Source of the DNA: Phoronis australis | Lineage: Eukaryota; Animalia; Phoronida | Direction: 5' to 3' | Assembly (NCBI GenBank): GCA_002633005.1 | Contig: NMRA01000716.1 | Span: 120,667-184,666, forward strand | DNA length: 64,000 bases | In this document: in pieces, positions 37,801 through 48,406 of the stretch | Layout of the letters: every line of letters starts with the position of its first letter | Numbering within the stretch: the stretch's first letter is position 1 | Notes under the pieces: generated by a model | What the model saw: the letters and a program-made list of their open reading frames with translations, nothing else | Databases searched by the model: none | Told to the model about the DNA's origin: nothing | Position numbers and translations under genes: made by a program

Positions 37801-40800
37801 TATATTTGTCTCAAGATCATTTCAAAAAGAGATCTCTTAAAAGTTGGACTTAAATTTTGACTATCTTAGCAGATGTAGAAGTTTCAAAGTTCGGAATTTG
37901 AGACAAATCTTAGATTTAAGTAAAAATGAACTTAAGTCAGTTTTTTGTTAGGGGCCCTTGGCTTGTACTGACATGTCAGTACATTTGTGGACACGCTGTG
38001 TTTTATTCGAGCAGGAAAGTGCATCGGTTGTTTGTCAAGACAATTGTGCCAATCCAACCAGTGATCATCATGCAGAAAGCTACCAGAATAGTGAAGCTAC
38101 AGACAAAACCATTATCGTTGACAAGTGCGACTCTACCGAACTGACAGCCGGTGGTTTGAAGTTGGTGACAGATGCAGCAGATAAAGGTGTTCACAGGGAT
38201 ACTATTAAAGGTGAACGTTATTTTTATAGACATTCAAAAAGTTCGACTTTTGCGTAATTTTCTAATTATCATTGCCTTCAGTGGGTCATTGTTTGCAAGT
38301 TTTGCGAAATTTAAATCTTCTAAAAAAATTTCGCAGTCCATTGTTAATAAAAACAACAATTTATTTAAATCGACTTGACATGTTTCGGCGTTTACTAACA
38401 CACCATCTTCAGAAGTAAAAACAATGGCCACTATGCGGACCCAACAACAAGTAATGGTACACAGACACAGTCAGTTACAGGGTAGCAGACGGAAACAGAC
38501 TAGACCAATGAGCAATTTTAATTAGATCATTGACTAGACTAACGATGACAACCTGTGGTGTGCCAGTAGCCTATTGAGAGTGTGCTTGTACCAATTGATG
38601 TGTAGAACCTCACGAATTTTAAGCTCCTTTGTTGTTTCTGCTTGGTCTGTGATAGCAGATTAGTCATTGAAAGAGCATTGCTCATTGCAAAGATTGGCGC
38701 TCTGCAGACGAGTTTTAATATGTGAACTTCTGTCAGAATTTAGATGTTCCCTGGTCCAGGTTTTCAAGTGGCGAGCAATTTCGCCTATATAACTGGAGCC
38801 ACACCCAGCACAGATAAATTTGTACATTACGCAATCCCTATAGCAGGAACAACCTTTGACCAGTTTACTCATTGTGTCTGCCTGGTTCTTACTGCATCGA
38901 TGTCTAGTGATCTATATTTTAATGAGCTCAAAGAGAAAGACATGCCCAAAGACCTTTATAGTCGCACAATTCGTTGAGGGAGTCGCAATTGTCCCTTCTA
39001 CAGAAGATAGTCGACTGCCAGTCTAAGGTTTTCCCGCCTTTCCTGAGACCGCTAGAATTGGAGAGATGTGATCCCCACAACATAAAGCTTTAACTAGGAA
39101 TGTCCGACTGAAATGTTCATAATTAGTGATATACGTGTACCTGGGCATGGACTTATACATAATCGTCATCAGTTAGTATATTTTTAAAATGTGCCCAAAA
39201 GACAGTAGTTAAAAACAGACTAAATAAAGTATAGTTTTTCTAGTAAAAGGTGTTAAGAGCATTTGTCATTGAATAAAACCTGTTTATATTTTGTTTCGAA
39301 AGGATATTTAATGGTAATGTAACTAAGACTGGATAATTATAAATGTACAAGGCACAAGTTTCTTTATTCAACATTAGCACTAAATCGCGAGTATAAATAA
39401 TACCTCCAAGGTTCATTGCTTATGCCGACATAATTTATAAAACTAACGTTTATATGTCTGAAATTCATTTTACAGTACAAAGGTTAAAATAAATTAGTGG
39501 TTAGGCGCAATAACGTCACGTTCAACTCTTGCTAAATTTCCACAAAACGCTCATTGCTATAAAAGTTCGACTAATCTGCCAAATATTTCTGGCAACAAGT
39601 GTGCCATAGTTTGGTGGAGTCTAACAGAATCGTGTCAAAATATGAACTGATAATTTGAACACCACTGTATCTGTGGAACGTAGCTTGGCAAATGAATAAC
39701 CCTTTCAGTAAAGCAGCGCTCAACAGGTATTATCTTGCCTCAAGTTAATCGCACACTACAGTTAAACCAACAATGGTGGAATGTTGCAGTAGCGCCATGC
39801 AGTACCTTTCACTACAACCTTTACCAAGTAATTGACAACAGAGAATCTATGAGTACTTTATATCTCTTCCCACTTCACGAAGAGCTAACAATGCAGGTGC
39901 TACATTGTAGATGGAATGGTTACGTTGGAAAAGGCCAGACTGCAAAACTTGGACTCTTCCTCCGCTGATTTGATGGCTGGTGAGTTCGAATCATCAATGG
40001 AATACCAAATTGAAGCTAAAGCTGTTGATGAACATGTTAACCAACGCACTGAACAAGGTAAACATAACTTTCAATCAGTTCACTGTTCCTTTAAATCCAA
40101 CCGTCGTATTTTGAAATGCTAGAGTGCCTTGAAAAGAGCAGTGTATATCCGTGCATATGTGTTTGGGTGTGAGCGTCTGTGTGCATGGGCTTGTATAACT
40201 TTCTCAAACGTGTCCAAAATCATTTCAGATAAAAACTCGGAACAGCTGGATGAGGAGGAGGAGAGACTGGCAAAGGAACTGCAGCAACTCATTGAAAGAG
40301 AAGGCGGATCAAAGTCTGGAGGGTCCCTTCTTAAAAAAATGGGTGACGTTTACAAGATGCGGGGTTCATTAACAGAATGTGTACAGCATTTTGTTATTGC
40401 ATCGTCATTATACAATGCGGCACTAATGAGATGCGATAACCCAGAAATGATTGCAAGACTTGAAACATCGCTGAGAGAAAATGAAATAGCCTTCTTTGAC
40501 ATGCTATCAGTTCCGATCAGCAAAATACCAATGAACTTCAAACTTGAAATGAAACAGAAATTGCAAACCATCAGACAATATGTTTCTTTGAAGACGGGGG
40601 AAACGTTGAGAAAGTTTACGCAAGAGTTTAGTTTAGAAGATCAAGAAAATGAGAGAACAGAATTAGAAATGATTTTTGTTCAGGAAACCAGAGGTATTTT
40701 TATGGATTTGCAAGCCAAAATGAAATCCTTCCATAAGGAACTCCTTTCAAAGTGTAAGGAGATTTTAGGACCACCACCCCAGGAATACACTGCAATAGCC

Positions 40801-43590
40801 ATGGGATCTTTAGCAAGGGGCGATACAACGCCATATTCAGACTTAGAATGGGCGATTTTGGTGCAAGATGACTGCAGAGATGTCGAATACTTCAGAAACA
40901 TGGTTCGGTTGATGCACTTATTCATTTTAAATGTCGGAGAAACATACCTTAGGACAATGAGCATCAAGTCGCTTAACAACTTGGATAAACCTGGCGGAAA
41001 TTGGTTTGTTGATGACGTGGTAGCTCGCGGGATTGAATTTGATAGTGCTCTTCCTTTTGCTTGCAAAACGCCACTCGGTCGACCTGACAGACCCGGAAAA
41101 CCAGGTTTAGAATTAATCAAGACCCCAGCAAACATGGCTAAATTATGCGAAGTTAACATGGCTGTAAAAGAGGGTTACATCATCGATCGGGTGTTGACGA
41201 TTGTGACGAAACTTGATGGAAGTGATTCGCTTTTTGACAAGTTCAGATCACTGAAAGCACAGTACCAAGATGAAGAAGCTGCACGCAAGAAATATGCTCA
41301 AGACATGCGCAGTCTAGCGAAAGAGTTCTTCCCGGAACTTAGTTTTCATAGCGGGAAGAGAACTCGACATGACATAAAAAGAGAGATGTTCAGGTTGCCG
41401 TCTCTGTTCGTCACTCTATTTAAACCATTATTTGGTCTATATAGTGACAACACCTGGAATATCATATGTGAGATGAGTTCCAAAGACATTCTGACAACAG
41501 AGGGCGGGCACAATTTACTTGTACTCATTTCCATAACAGCACTTTTAAGGCTGATGATGTATTCCACTAAATCAAGCCAAAATGAACAGTTTGTTTTGTT
41601 ACAAACGCCAGTGCAAATGCGCCAGTCAGCAGAGGTTTTATTTGGATACAGTGGACTTCACAAATTAGTAATAAGATATTATTACTCACTACTGCCGTTA
41701 GTTGAGTATGTGAATGACACTCCACTATCAGCCATGCTTAATCGAAGGAAACTAGAACTCACATTTTTTGAAAAAAATTATCTATGTGCGGGTCTCATAC
41801 AGTTCTACTGCCTTTGTTACGAAAGTGCCCGGGACAATTTTTTTGCTCAGATTGAATTGGTTTCCACAGAGAAGTCGCTTCCAAACCAGCATCACCCAGA
41901 AGACATAGTTGTTCAATACAAGGGCAGGGACATTTTCTGTGACCACACAGAAAAGAAAGTATTAAGTTGCCTCTTAATGATTGGCAATACATACAAGGAA
42001 GAAGGACAGGCAAAAGACGCGTTAGAATACTATTCGAAAGTACTACCTATCATGCGGAAGAACGAAAACGAGGCCTACAACATATTATCACATAAACCAA
42101 ATTACTTTGAAAACCTTTCTTTCGTGTTACAGGTAATTGGGGGACTACACTCTGAGTTGAACCAGCATGAGTTAGCCTTAAAATACCACCAAGAGTCTCT
42201 GCGTATGCACAAGAAGATATATGGCAAACATTCAGACCATGTGTGCATTGCGTCTAGTTTGTACCAAATTGGGACAGACCATAGTAAAATGAATCAGCAT
42301 GAGTTAGCCCTCCAACATTTTGAAGAGTCGCTGAATATGAAGAAGAGAATTTATGATAAAGTTGACCATCCAGAGATAGCGGGAACACTGAATAACATAG
42401 GATGGCAGCACAGTGCTTTGGGCCAGCACCAGACAGCTTTAGAATTTCACCAAGACGCCCTGAATATGTTCAAGAGGATCTATGGTAAAGTTGATCATCC
42501 AGTTATTACAACTTGTTTGAATAACATTGGGTTGGAACATGGGTATTTGAAGGAGCATACGTTAGCGTTACAGTATCTCCAAGACTCACTAAGTATGAAG
42601 AAGAGGATGTATGGTGAAGATGATGGCCCAGACATAGCAACGAGTTTGCATCGGATCGCAATGGAGCATTATGAGATTGGCCAGCACGAGTTAGCTTTAC
42701 AATATCAACAAGACTCACTGAGTATGTGGAAGAGAGTTAGAGGCGATGTTGACCATCCACACATTGCAGGGGCTTTAAATGCGATTGCAAAGGTGCATAG
42801 TGCTCTTGGCCATCACGAGACAGCCTTACAATGTTACAAGGACTCAGTAAGTATGAGTAAGAGGATTGATGGGGATGTGGACAGTATAACAATTGCAAGA
42901 ATGTTGAAAGGCATTGCGATGGACCACTGTAAGCTGAGACAGAACCAGTTAGCTTTGATATATCTCTTAGACTCACTGGATATGATGAAGAGAATTTATG
43001 GTGAAATAGACCACCCTGACATTGGAATTGTCTTGAATCACATTGCGACCAATTATAGACTTTTGGGTGAGCTCAAATTTGCCTTGCGTTATTTTCAAGA
43101 CTCAATGACTATGAATATGAGGATTTATGGTGAGGTCGACCATCCAACCACTGCAAGTGAGTTGAATAACATTGGGTTGCAATATTCTGAAATGGGCAAT
43201 CATGAAATGGCTGTAAAATATTTGAATGGGGCACTGAACATGCGCAAGAGGATGCATGGTGACCAGAAAACTATTGATATTGCACTGGTCTTTAATAACT
43301 TAGGGTTTTCATACAACGCGTTGGGCCAGCATAAACTAGCCTTAGAAAACCACCAGGAGGCACTGGGAATGTTCAGGAGAGTTTATGGTGACGTTGATCA
43401 CCCATGCATCACTCTTAGCTTGAATTGTATTGGTAGAGAATATGCTATGATGGGCAAGCATGAGATAGCCTCCCGGTACTTCCAAGAAGCAATGGATATG
43501 TACAAAAGGGTTTATGGTGAGCATGCTGATCAATTTGATGTAGGACATCTTTTGCTTATGAAGTTGCAACCACTCAGTGAAATGCCATGA
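19853..43590 (+). CDS. Multi-exon chimeric protein (~1692 aa): Hop/STIP1-like TPR module + BIR domain + GlnD/DUF294-like nucleotidyltransferase + C-terminal TPR array
   Basis: Hand-built GT-AG model: 19853-19948, 22047-22104, 23914-24147, 26243-26351, 26723-26816, 27845-27971, 30600-30702, 31149-31269, 32129-32225, 36440-36598, 37110-37285, 38015-38210, 39911-40057, 40229-43590. Total 5079 nt, with no internal stops seen. Junction phases 0,1,1,2,0,1,2,0,1,1,0,1,1 all match. The first five exons and the two linker exons (38015-38210, 39911-40057) rest only on splice and phase logic; the others also have domain homology. Confidence 0.7.
20440..21545. repeat. Degenerate foldback element built from ~18-bp units
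   Basis: The left arm repeats TTTGACCCATTATGTCACT-like units (20490-20900); the right arm repeats the complement, AAAGTGACA..ATGGGTCAAA (21230-21545). Confidence 0.55.
24640..25700 (+). mobile_element. Degenerate Gypsy LTR-retrotransposon gag (SCAN-like capsid, Gmr1-type) remnant, intronic
   Basis: [37 protein letters not shown] (24960-25070), with a frameshifted DTDSFLA(R)FEK upstream and a possible protease RDxGC relic near 25610. Boundaries are approximate. Confidence 0.7.
27845..32225 (+). CDS. Four exons encoding a STIP1/Hop TPR2A-derived module
   Basis: Spliced translation [42 protein letters not shown]|[35 protein letters not shown]|[40 protein letters not shown]|[32 protein letters not shown]. 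By eye this is collinear with Hop TPR2A and the start of TPR2B (ALKEKELGN...[20 protein letters not shown]...KSLAEHRTP...[28 protein letters not shown]). Confidence 0.85.
32943..33794 (+). mobile_element. Non-autonomous DNA transposon, copy 2 (intronic)
   Basis: Same ends as 12965-13974, with a 5-bp direct repeat TGACA on both sides. Shorter at an nn gap (33757-33758). Confidence 0.85.
34365..34590 (-). mobile_element. Probable Penelope-like 5'/pLTR fragment; an inverted second copy lies at 36212-36418
   Basis: The two segments are visibly homologous in opposite orientation. They contain (C/T)TGATGA-N-GAGAC..GTC(T/A)C-GAAA and an ORF start ending [15 protein letters not shown], which resembles PLE N-termini. 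Confidence 0.55.
35295..36195 (+). mobile_element. HINE/pearl-type (Helentron-associated) element spanning the N gap
   Basis: The core repeat AATTGCCACTAG..ACCGGTAGTC occurs on both sides of the gap. It is followed by (GGAC)n at ~36115-36148, a terminal hairpin ATGCGTCCACATAT/ATATGTGGGCGCAT at 36161-36190, and an A-run. Confidence 0.6.
35359..35838. other. Assembly gap (480 N)
   Basis: Run of n in the sequence. Smaller gaps at 15661-15682, 33757-33758 and 43836. Confidence 0.99.
36440..37285 (+). CDS. Two exons encoding a BIR (baculovirus IAP repeat) domain
   Basis: Exon 36440-36598 gives [21 protein letters not shown]...LAKAGFYFI and exon 37110-37285 gives [38 protein letters not shown]. 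The zinc ligands show exact C-x2-C-x16-H-x6-C spacing. Confidence 0.93.
37731..37957. mobile_element. Palindromic MITE
   Basis: Ends GGGCCCC..AAAAATGACTTA / TAAGTCAGTTTTTT..GGGGCCC, with an internal inverted pair ATTTGTCTCAA / TTGAGACAAAT. Confidence 0.65.
38365..38845 (-). mobile_element. Penelope-like retroelement 3' remnant (GIY-YIG endonuclease)
   Basis: Translates as [37 protein letters not shown], then after a stop [29 protein letters not shown]. This fits the PLE GIY-YIG domain with its CCHH motif. A hammerhead motif follows downstream. Confidence 0.85.
38373..38416 (-). ncRNA. Minimal type I hammerhead ribozyme
   Basis: Minus strand reads ACUU-CUGAAGA-U-GGUGU-GUUAGUAA-ACGCC-GAAA-CAUG-UC-AAGU: full catalytic core, stem I ACUU/AAGU, stem II GGUGU/ACGCC, palindromic stem III ACAUGU and GUC cleavage triplet. 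Confidence 0.8.
40229..43590 (+). CDS. Terminal 3.36-kb exon: helical N-region, nucleotidyltransferase-like domain, 12 TPR repeats
   Basis: Lies within the 1153-aa ORF of the track, with acceptor catttcag|AT at 40228/40229. Motifs: [22 protein letters not shown] (hGS-x10-DxE, 40798-40863), [28 protein letters not shown]. These are followed by repeats with consensus DHPxIAxxLNNIGxxHxxLGQHxLALxYxQDSLxMxKRIYGxV. Confidence 0.93.
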
Positions 43591-43836
43591 AACGTCTTTC
43601 CTGAAAACATATTGCCCTCGATTACGTGAACGTCGGCACTGCAAACCCGGTATCCCCTAGTGCAACGGCCTCAGATCTCTGTTGTTTATGATGTTTATTA
43701 GTGATATCAGGAAGAGATAACCAGCTGGTTATTGATATTGACAAAGACAACTCACCTGATACCAGGCGTTGGCTTTTAGCACACGACAAACTTATTTACC
43801 GTAAGATACTAGCCACACACTGCAACGTGAAATGAN

Positions 43837-44831
43837 GACTCAGTAAGTATGAGTAAGAGGATTGATGGGGATGTGGACAGTATAACAATTGCAAGAATGT
43901 TGAAAGGCATTGCGATGGAACACTGTAAGCTGAAACAGAACCAGTTAGCTTTGATATATCTCTTAGACTCACTGGATATGATGAAGAGAATTTATGGTGA
44001 AATAGACCACCCTGACATCGGAATTGTCTTGAATCACATTGCGACCAATTATAGACTTTTGGGTGAGCACAAATTTGCCTTACGCTATTTTCAAGACTCA
44101 ATGACTATGAATGTGAGGATTTATGGTGAGGTCGACCATCCAACCACTGCAAGTGAGTTGAATAACATTGGGTTGCAATATTCTGAAATGGGCAATCATG
44201 AAATGGCTGTAAAATATTTGAATGGGGCACTGAACATGCGCAAGAGGATGCATGGTGACCAGAAAACTATTGATATTGCACTGGTCTTTAATAACTTAGG
44301 GTTTTCATACAACGCGTTGGGCCAGCATAAACTAGCCTTAGAAAACCACCAGGAGGCACTGGGAATGTTCAGGAGAGTTTATGGTGACGTTGATCACCCA
44401 TGCATCACTCTTAGCTTGAATTGTATTGGTAGAGAATATGCTATGATGGGCAAGCATGAGATAGCCTCCCGGTACTTCCAAGAAGCAATGGATATGTACA
44501 AAAGGGTTTATGGTGAGCATGCTGATCAATTTGATGTAGGACATCTTTTGCTTATGAAGTTGCAACCACTCAGTGAAATGCCATGAAACGTCTTTCCTGA
44601 AAACATATTGCCCTCGATTACGTGAACGTCGGCACTGCAAACCCGGTATCCCCTAGTGCAACGGCCTCAGATCTCTGTTGTTTATGATGTTTATTAGTGA
44701 TATCAGGAAGAGATAACCAGCTGGTTATTGATATTGACAAAGACAACTCACCTGATACCAGGCGTTGGCTTTTAGCACACGACAAACTTATTTACCGTAA
44801 GATACTAGCCACACACTGCAACGTGAAATGA
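43837..44831 (+). repeat. Near-identical tandem copy of 42841-43835 (3' end of the TPR gene), probably an unmerged haplotype
   Basis: Offset of 996 bp. The junction is exactly one n at 43836, the copy starts mid-ORF with no splice acceptor, and it differs by at least 7 substitutions. Confidence 0.9.
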
Positions 44832-47800
44832 ACGCTCTCGATCATCAATTGTGCCAGTAGATGGAAGGTGTTGCTTAATGCACCGAAGTTCTAGTCTCTA
44901 TAATTCTGAAACGCAACTTCTACCAGCATGCATTTTCAATTCAAAGAACCTCTTTCACGACAATAGGGTATTGGTGCCAAAACGTCACACTCGCAATGTA
45001 ACATTTGATGTAAAAAACTGTGGTCGCTTTAAAGGATGCGAAACCCTGTTTTGGTAATTTAATCAATCCTCGTTCTGTCATCTGCTAATGCATCATTGGC
45101 GTCCCAATTGTATGACAAAAGCATGAGTCAACTAAAAACTCATACTCTCTGTTACAGATTAAAAATTCTGGTTCTTGGTTGGTGGTCTTTCCCTACAGTT
45201 ATGTAACTCGCCCAACGCATAGGTTACGTTTGCCCGTTTTCAAATTTTGTTCCAAATTTTGGGGATTGTCGAGGATTACAGAACAGTGTTTTGTTTCAGA
45301 TAACTGGATGTGAAAGTTGTTTTTATTATCTGTCAATAGACCAAATCAGGACTTTGGTATCCTTTTAAGCTTGAGCATAAAGTTGGTGCCAATTATACAA
45401 CGAAAAAATCGCCGAGCGTTTGCTGCACGGTTCGGGGGACGAAAGTTTTCTGATGAACTACCCTTCGCACTAAGGGAAATTCTGACCATAAGGCTTTCGG
45501 AAAAAGGTCCCTCCCTTGCCAACCATGCAATAACGCAACATTGTAGTAAACCAGTGGACGCCTCCTTTCGTTACCTTTTGAATACACGAGCGTGAATTGT
45601 GCACTCTTCGTTGAGATTGTGAAACACGGGATTCGGGAAGTTCCTGAATGTGTGTTTTTTTTAAATTTTTGATGTTTTGAATACACGATGACAAGCCTTT
45701 GGTCTGCAGCATTATTTCGCCGGTGATAGATTTAGCCGTGAATTGTCGATTACATTTGCAATTTTCAGTAACTTAGATTATTGATTGTCTGGCGAGCATG
45801 TAAAATTTCACTCTTAACGACTGAAATGCATGCAAAAGACAATTTGTAATTAAAACCGTGATTGTCTGTGCATGATTATCATCTACTTCCGCATTCATAA
45901 GTGTATTGTTCCAGGGACCAGTGCATAAGCCACGCGTGTACTAGATTATTAATGCATGTGTACCCAGAACCGATACAACCCCAGTTACACTGTTGTGCTA
46001 CACGTATTTTGTGAATTTGATTTTGGAATTATCTTGAAAGAACTGTCGTGATAACCCATCGAAAGTTAAATAGGGTTTGTTTTTTCAAATGTATATTCAA
46101 TTCAGTTAAACAATGCACATCGCTTTTTGTTATAGGCATCACAAGAACCACTTGCTTGTTTCAGTAGTTTAGATCCATAATATTTTTATTTTGTAGTATT
46201 TGCATTTGTGTAATTTTCAACAGCCATTTGAATGTCTTTGCATGTACATTGCAAGTTAATTTTCCCAAACAATGTATATTACTTCTTGTGTTTCCTGCTT
46301 GCTTAATTCCTAATCGTTATCACTGCATGATGATAAACGCGTTATTCTGTGATTATGAAGGTGAGAGTTTGCAGTGTAGTTTATACTCCACTCCTTGCAT
46401 CTGACGTGAGCTATTATTGTTCGAAAGTCTGGAATTCTAATATAGGCTTTTTATGCACCCACTTGTGTCTATGTAGGTGCATCATGTTTCGAAATATTGT
46501 GTGTCTTTCCATCGTGTCTTTTGGTCACTTACTGTAGCATTGTTCTGTTGAATGTGGAACATTGCTCCCAGGGTATGAACGAAACGGAATAAAGATAGTC
46601 AACAACGACAAGTGCCGTGTTATATTTTTGTGTATATTTTTGGACTTCATTTATATTTGTACGTACATTAATGACATACCTGTATGTTCTATTGGTGAAT
46701 TGCAGAGAATACTAGACATGGTTATTTTTCTTCATTGAGCTTATTGAGCTTATTGATTAATGTATTTCTACTACAAATATGTAAATTGACATTTGGCCTG
46801 ATGACAGTAAACCGTTTTAAGACTGCGCACGGGTTTAAGCAAGTGAGCCACTAGGTCACGCCGACCGACATCCCAATTCACACTGGTAATGTTTTTACCC
46901 GGTAATGTGGAGATGAGTTTCAGACTCGGAACTTTTTACCTTAAAGATGAGTCAGATGCAAAGTAAGGTTAGACAATTATCAACGTAAGCCTTTGTGTAC
47001 ACAGTACTCGAGCTTAGAATACAATTGTAATGGACATTCATACTGACTTCGCACAAAGTAGAACAGAAAATGCCAAAAATAATTTCAAGTTCAATCTCGA
47101 GCAAAAAGGTTAAACTCCTGGTCCAGAAGTATAAAATGGTATTTTTAATATGGCAAGTAAGGCGTTTTCAAGTTTACATTTTATAGACTATGTGGATAAG
47201 AATGAAGTATTTTAAAAACGTATTTGCAACTGTTTAAAACACACCCATGATTCGTTCACGTGTCAATGGAGAACTGGACATGAAGTCATTCATTTTTTTC
47301 TTAAAAAGGTAACACAATTTATGCATGTGTTAAAATGATAAATTCTCGTCGTTAGTCAACTGGTATCAGTTACTGTCGAATTTCTAAGAAAATTATGAAG
47401 CTCCAAATTAAACCAGTACCTTTCTGCGCGTAAAAGGATATTATTCGCACGCGCACTGAGAATGGACTATTCTACGTGTATAATGGCAACTTTAGACAGA
47501 ATGCTATACATGTCAACAACATTGCTCTAACCACGGCAATTTTTGTACAAAAAACCAAAAAATTGCACTGATGAAAACGAGTTAAAATGCTGACTGTTCA
47601 AATGACAAATGCCCATTGCAATCTTGTAAATCTCTCAGACTGTGTGTGCCGGTGAGGGACGAATGGCGAAGGAAATTTTCAGCTAATTGACGGAAATCTG
47701 AGACTATTTTGAGAAAACAGATTCCCGGCCAGTAGAAGTCAAAACAAAGGTTTCGAAATTCACTTTCGACTTTGGCAAAAAAGCGTAACAAGTACATGAA

Positions 47801-48253
47801 ATACGTAGCATTTAGCCCTACAGCGTAGCACTACAGAAACGGCAAAACGTTGTAAATTACATAAAAAAATATTGGTTGATATGTACATGTATGGATTATG
47901 GATGTTACGTCACGCGTGCGCATGGGCAGTGGGCTACAGCTACGCGTACATGTAGACAATGCTGTGTGCCAAAGGCCTGAACATTAAATTAATTTTTGAT
48001 TTTTGTTCAGGTATGCCATTCGTTCTATGACTTCGGAAACATCAGTGATACTAACATAATTCATAATTCACGGTTCGCTTCTTGAGTGGACAACCCTAAT
48101 AATAGACTTTTATTCAAGGAGATAACAACCACAAGAGGTGGCTTGGAGTCACTTAGTACTAGAAATTTGTGTGGAGTTCCTTATCCTATACCCTTGTAGT
48201 CTTAGATTGGATATAATTCAGTGCGCATATTGAAATTAAGTGAGCTTACTAAC

Positions 48254-48406
48254 TATACGTAAATAAAACAACGAAAATGGATCACTGAAATTTTCGGATA
48301 TGATAACATCCTTCGTCAACAGAAACAGAAATAAAGTAAAATCAAACACTATATGACAATTATATATAATTTCAGTGATCCATTTTTGTTGTTTTATTTA
48401 CATATA
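48254..48406. repeat. Inverted repeat (~39-bp arms), MITE-like
   Basis: GTAAATAAAACAACGAAAATGGATCACTGAAATT / AATTTCAGTGATCCATTTTTGTTGTTTTATTTAC. Confidence 0.8.

Noticed and set aside
40129-40228. Start of the 1153-aa ORF as a prokaryote-style standalone gene
   Set aside because: The start is a TTG in GT-rich intron-like sequence. A good acceptor at 40228 and an in-phase upstream exon (39911-40057) explain it better, and the surroundings are clearly eukaryotic.
42230-43530. Regularly spaced DNA repeats as a CRISPR-like array
   Set aside because: The 129-bp period is the coding TPR repeat. There are no identical repeats with unique spacers and no cas genes.
43849-44586. 245-aa TPR ORF as a second gene
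   Set aside because: It is a near-identical copy of the preceding gene's end, beginning right after a single-N contig join.
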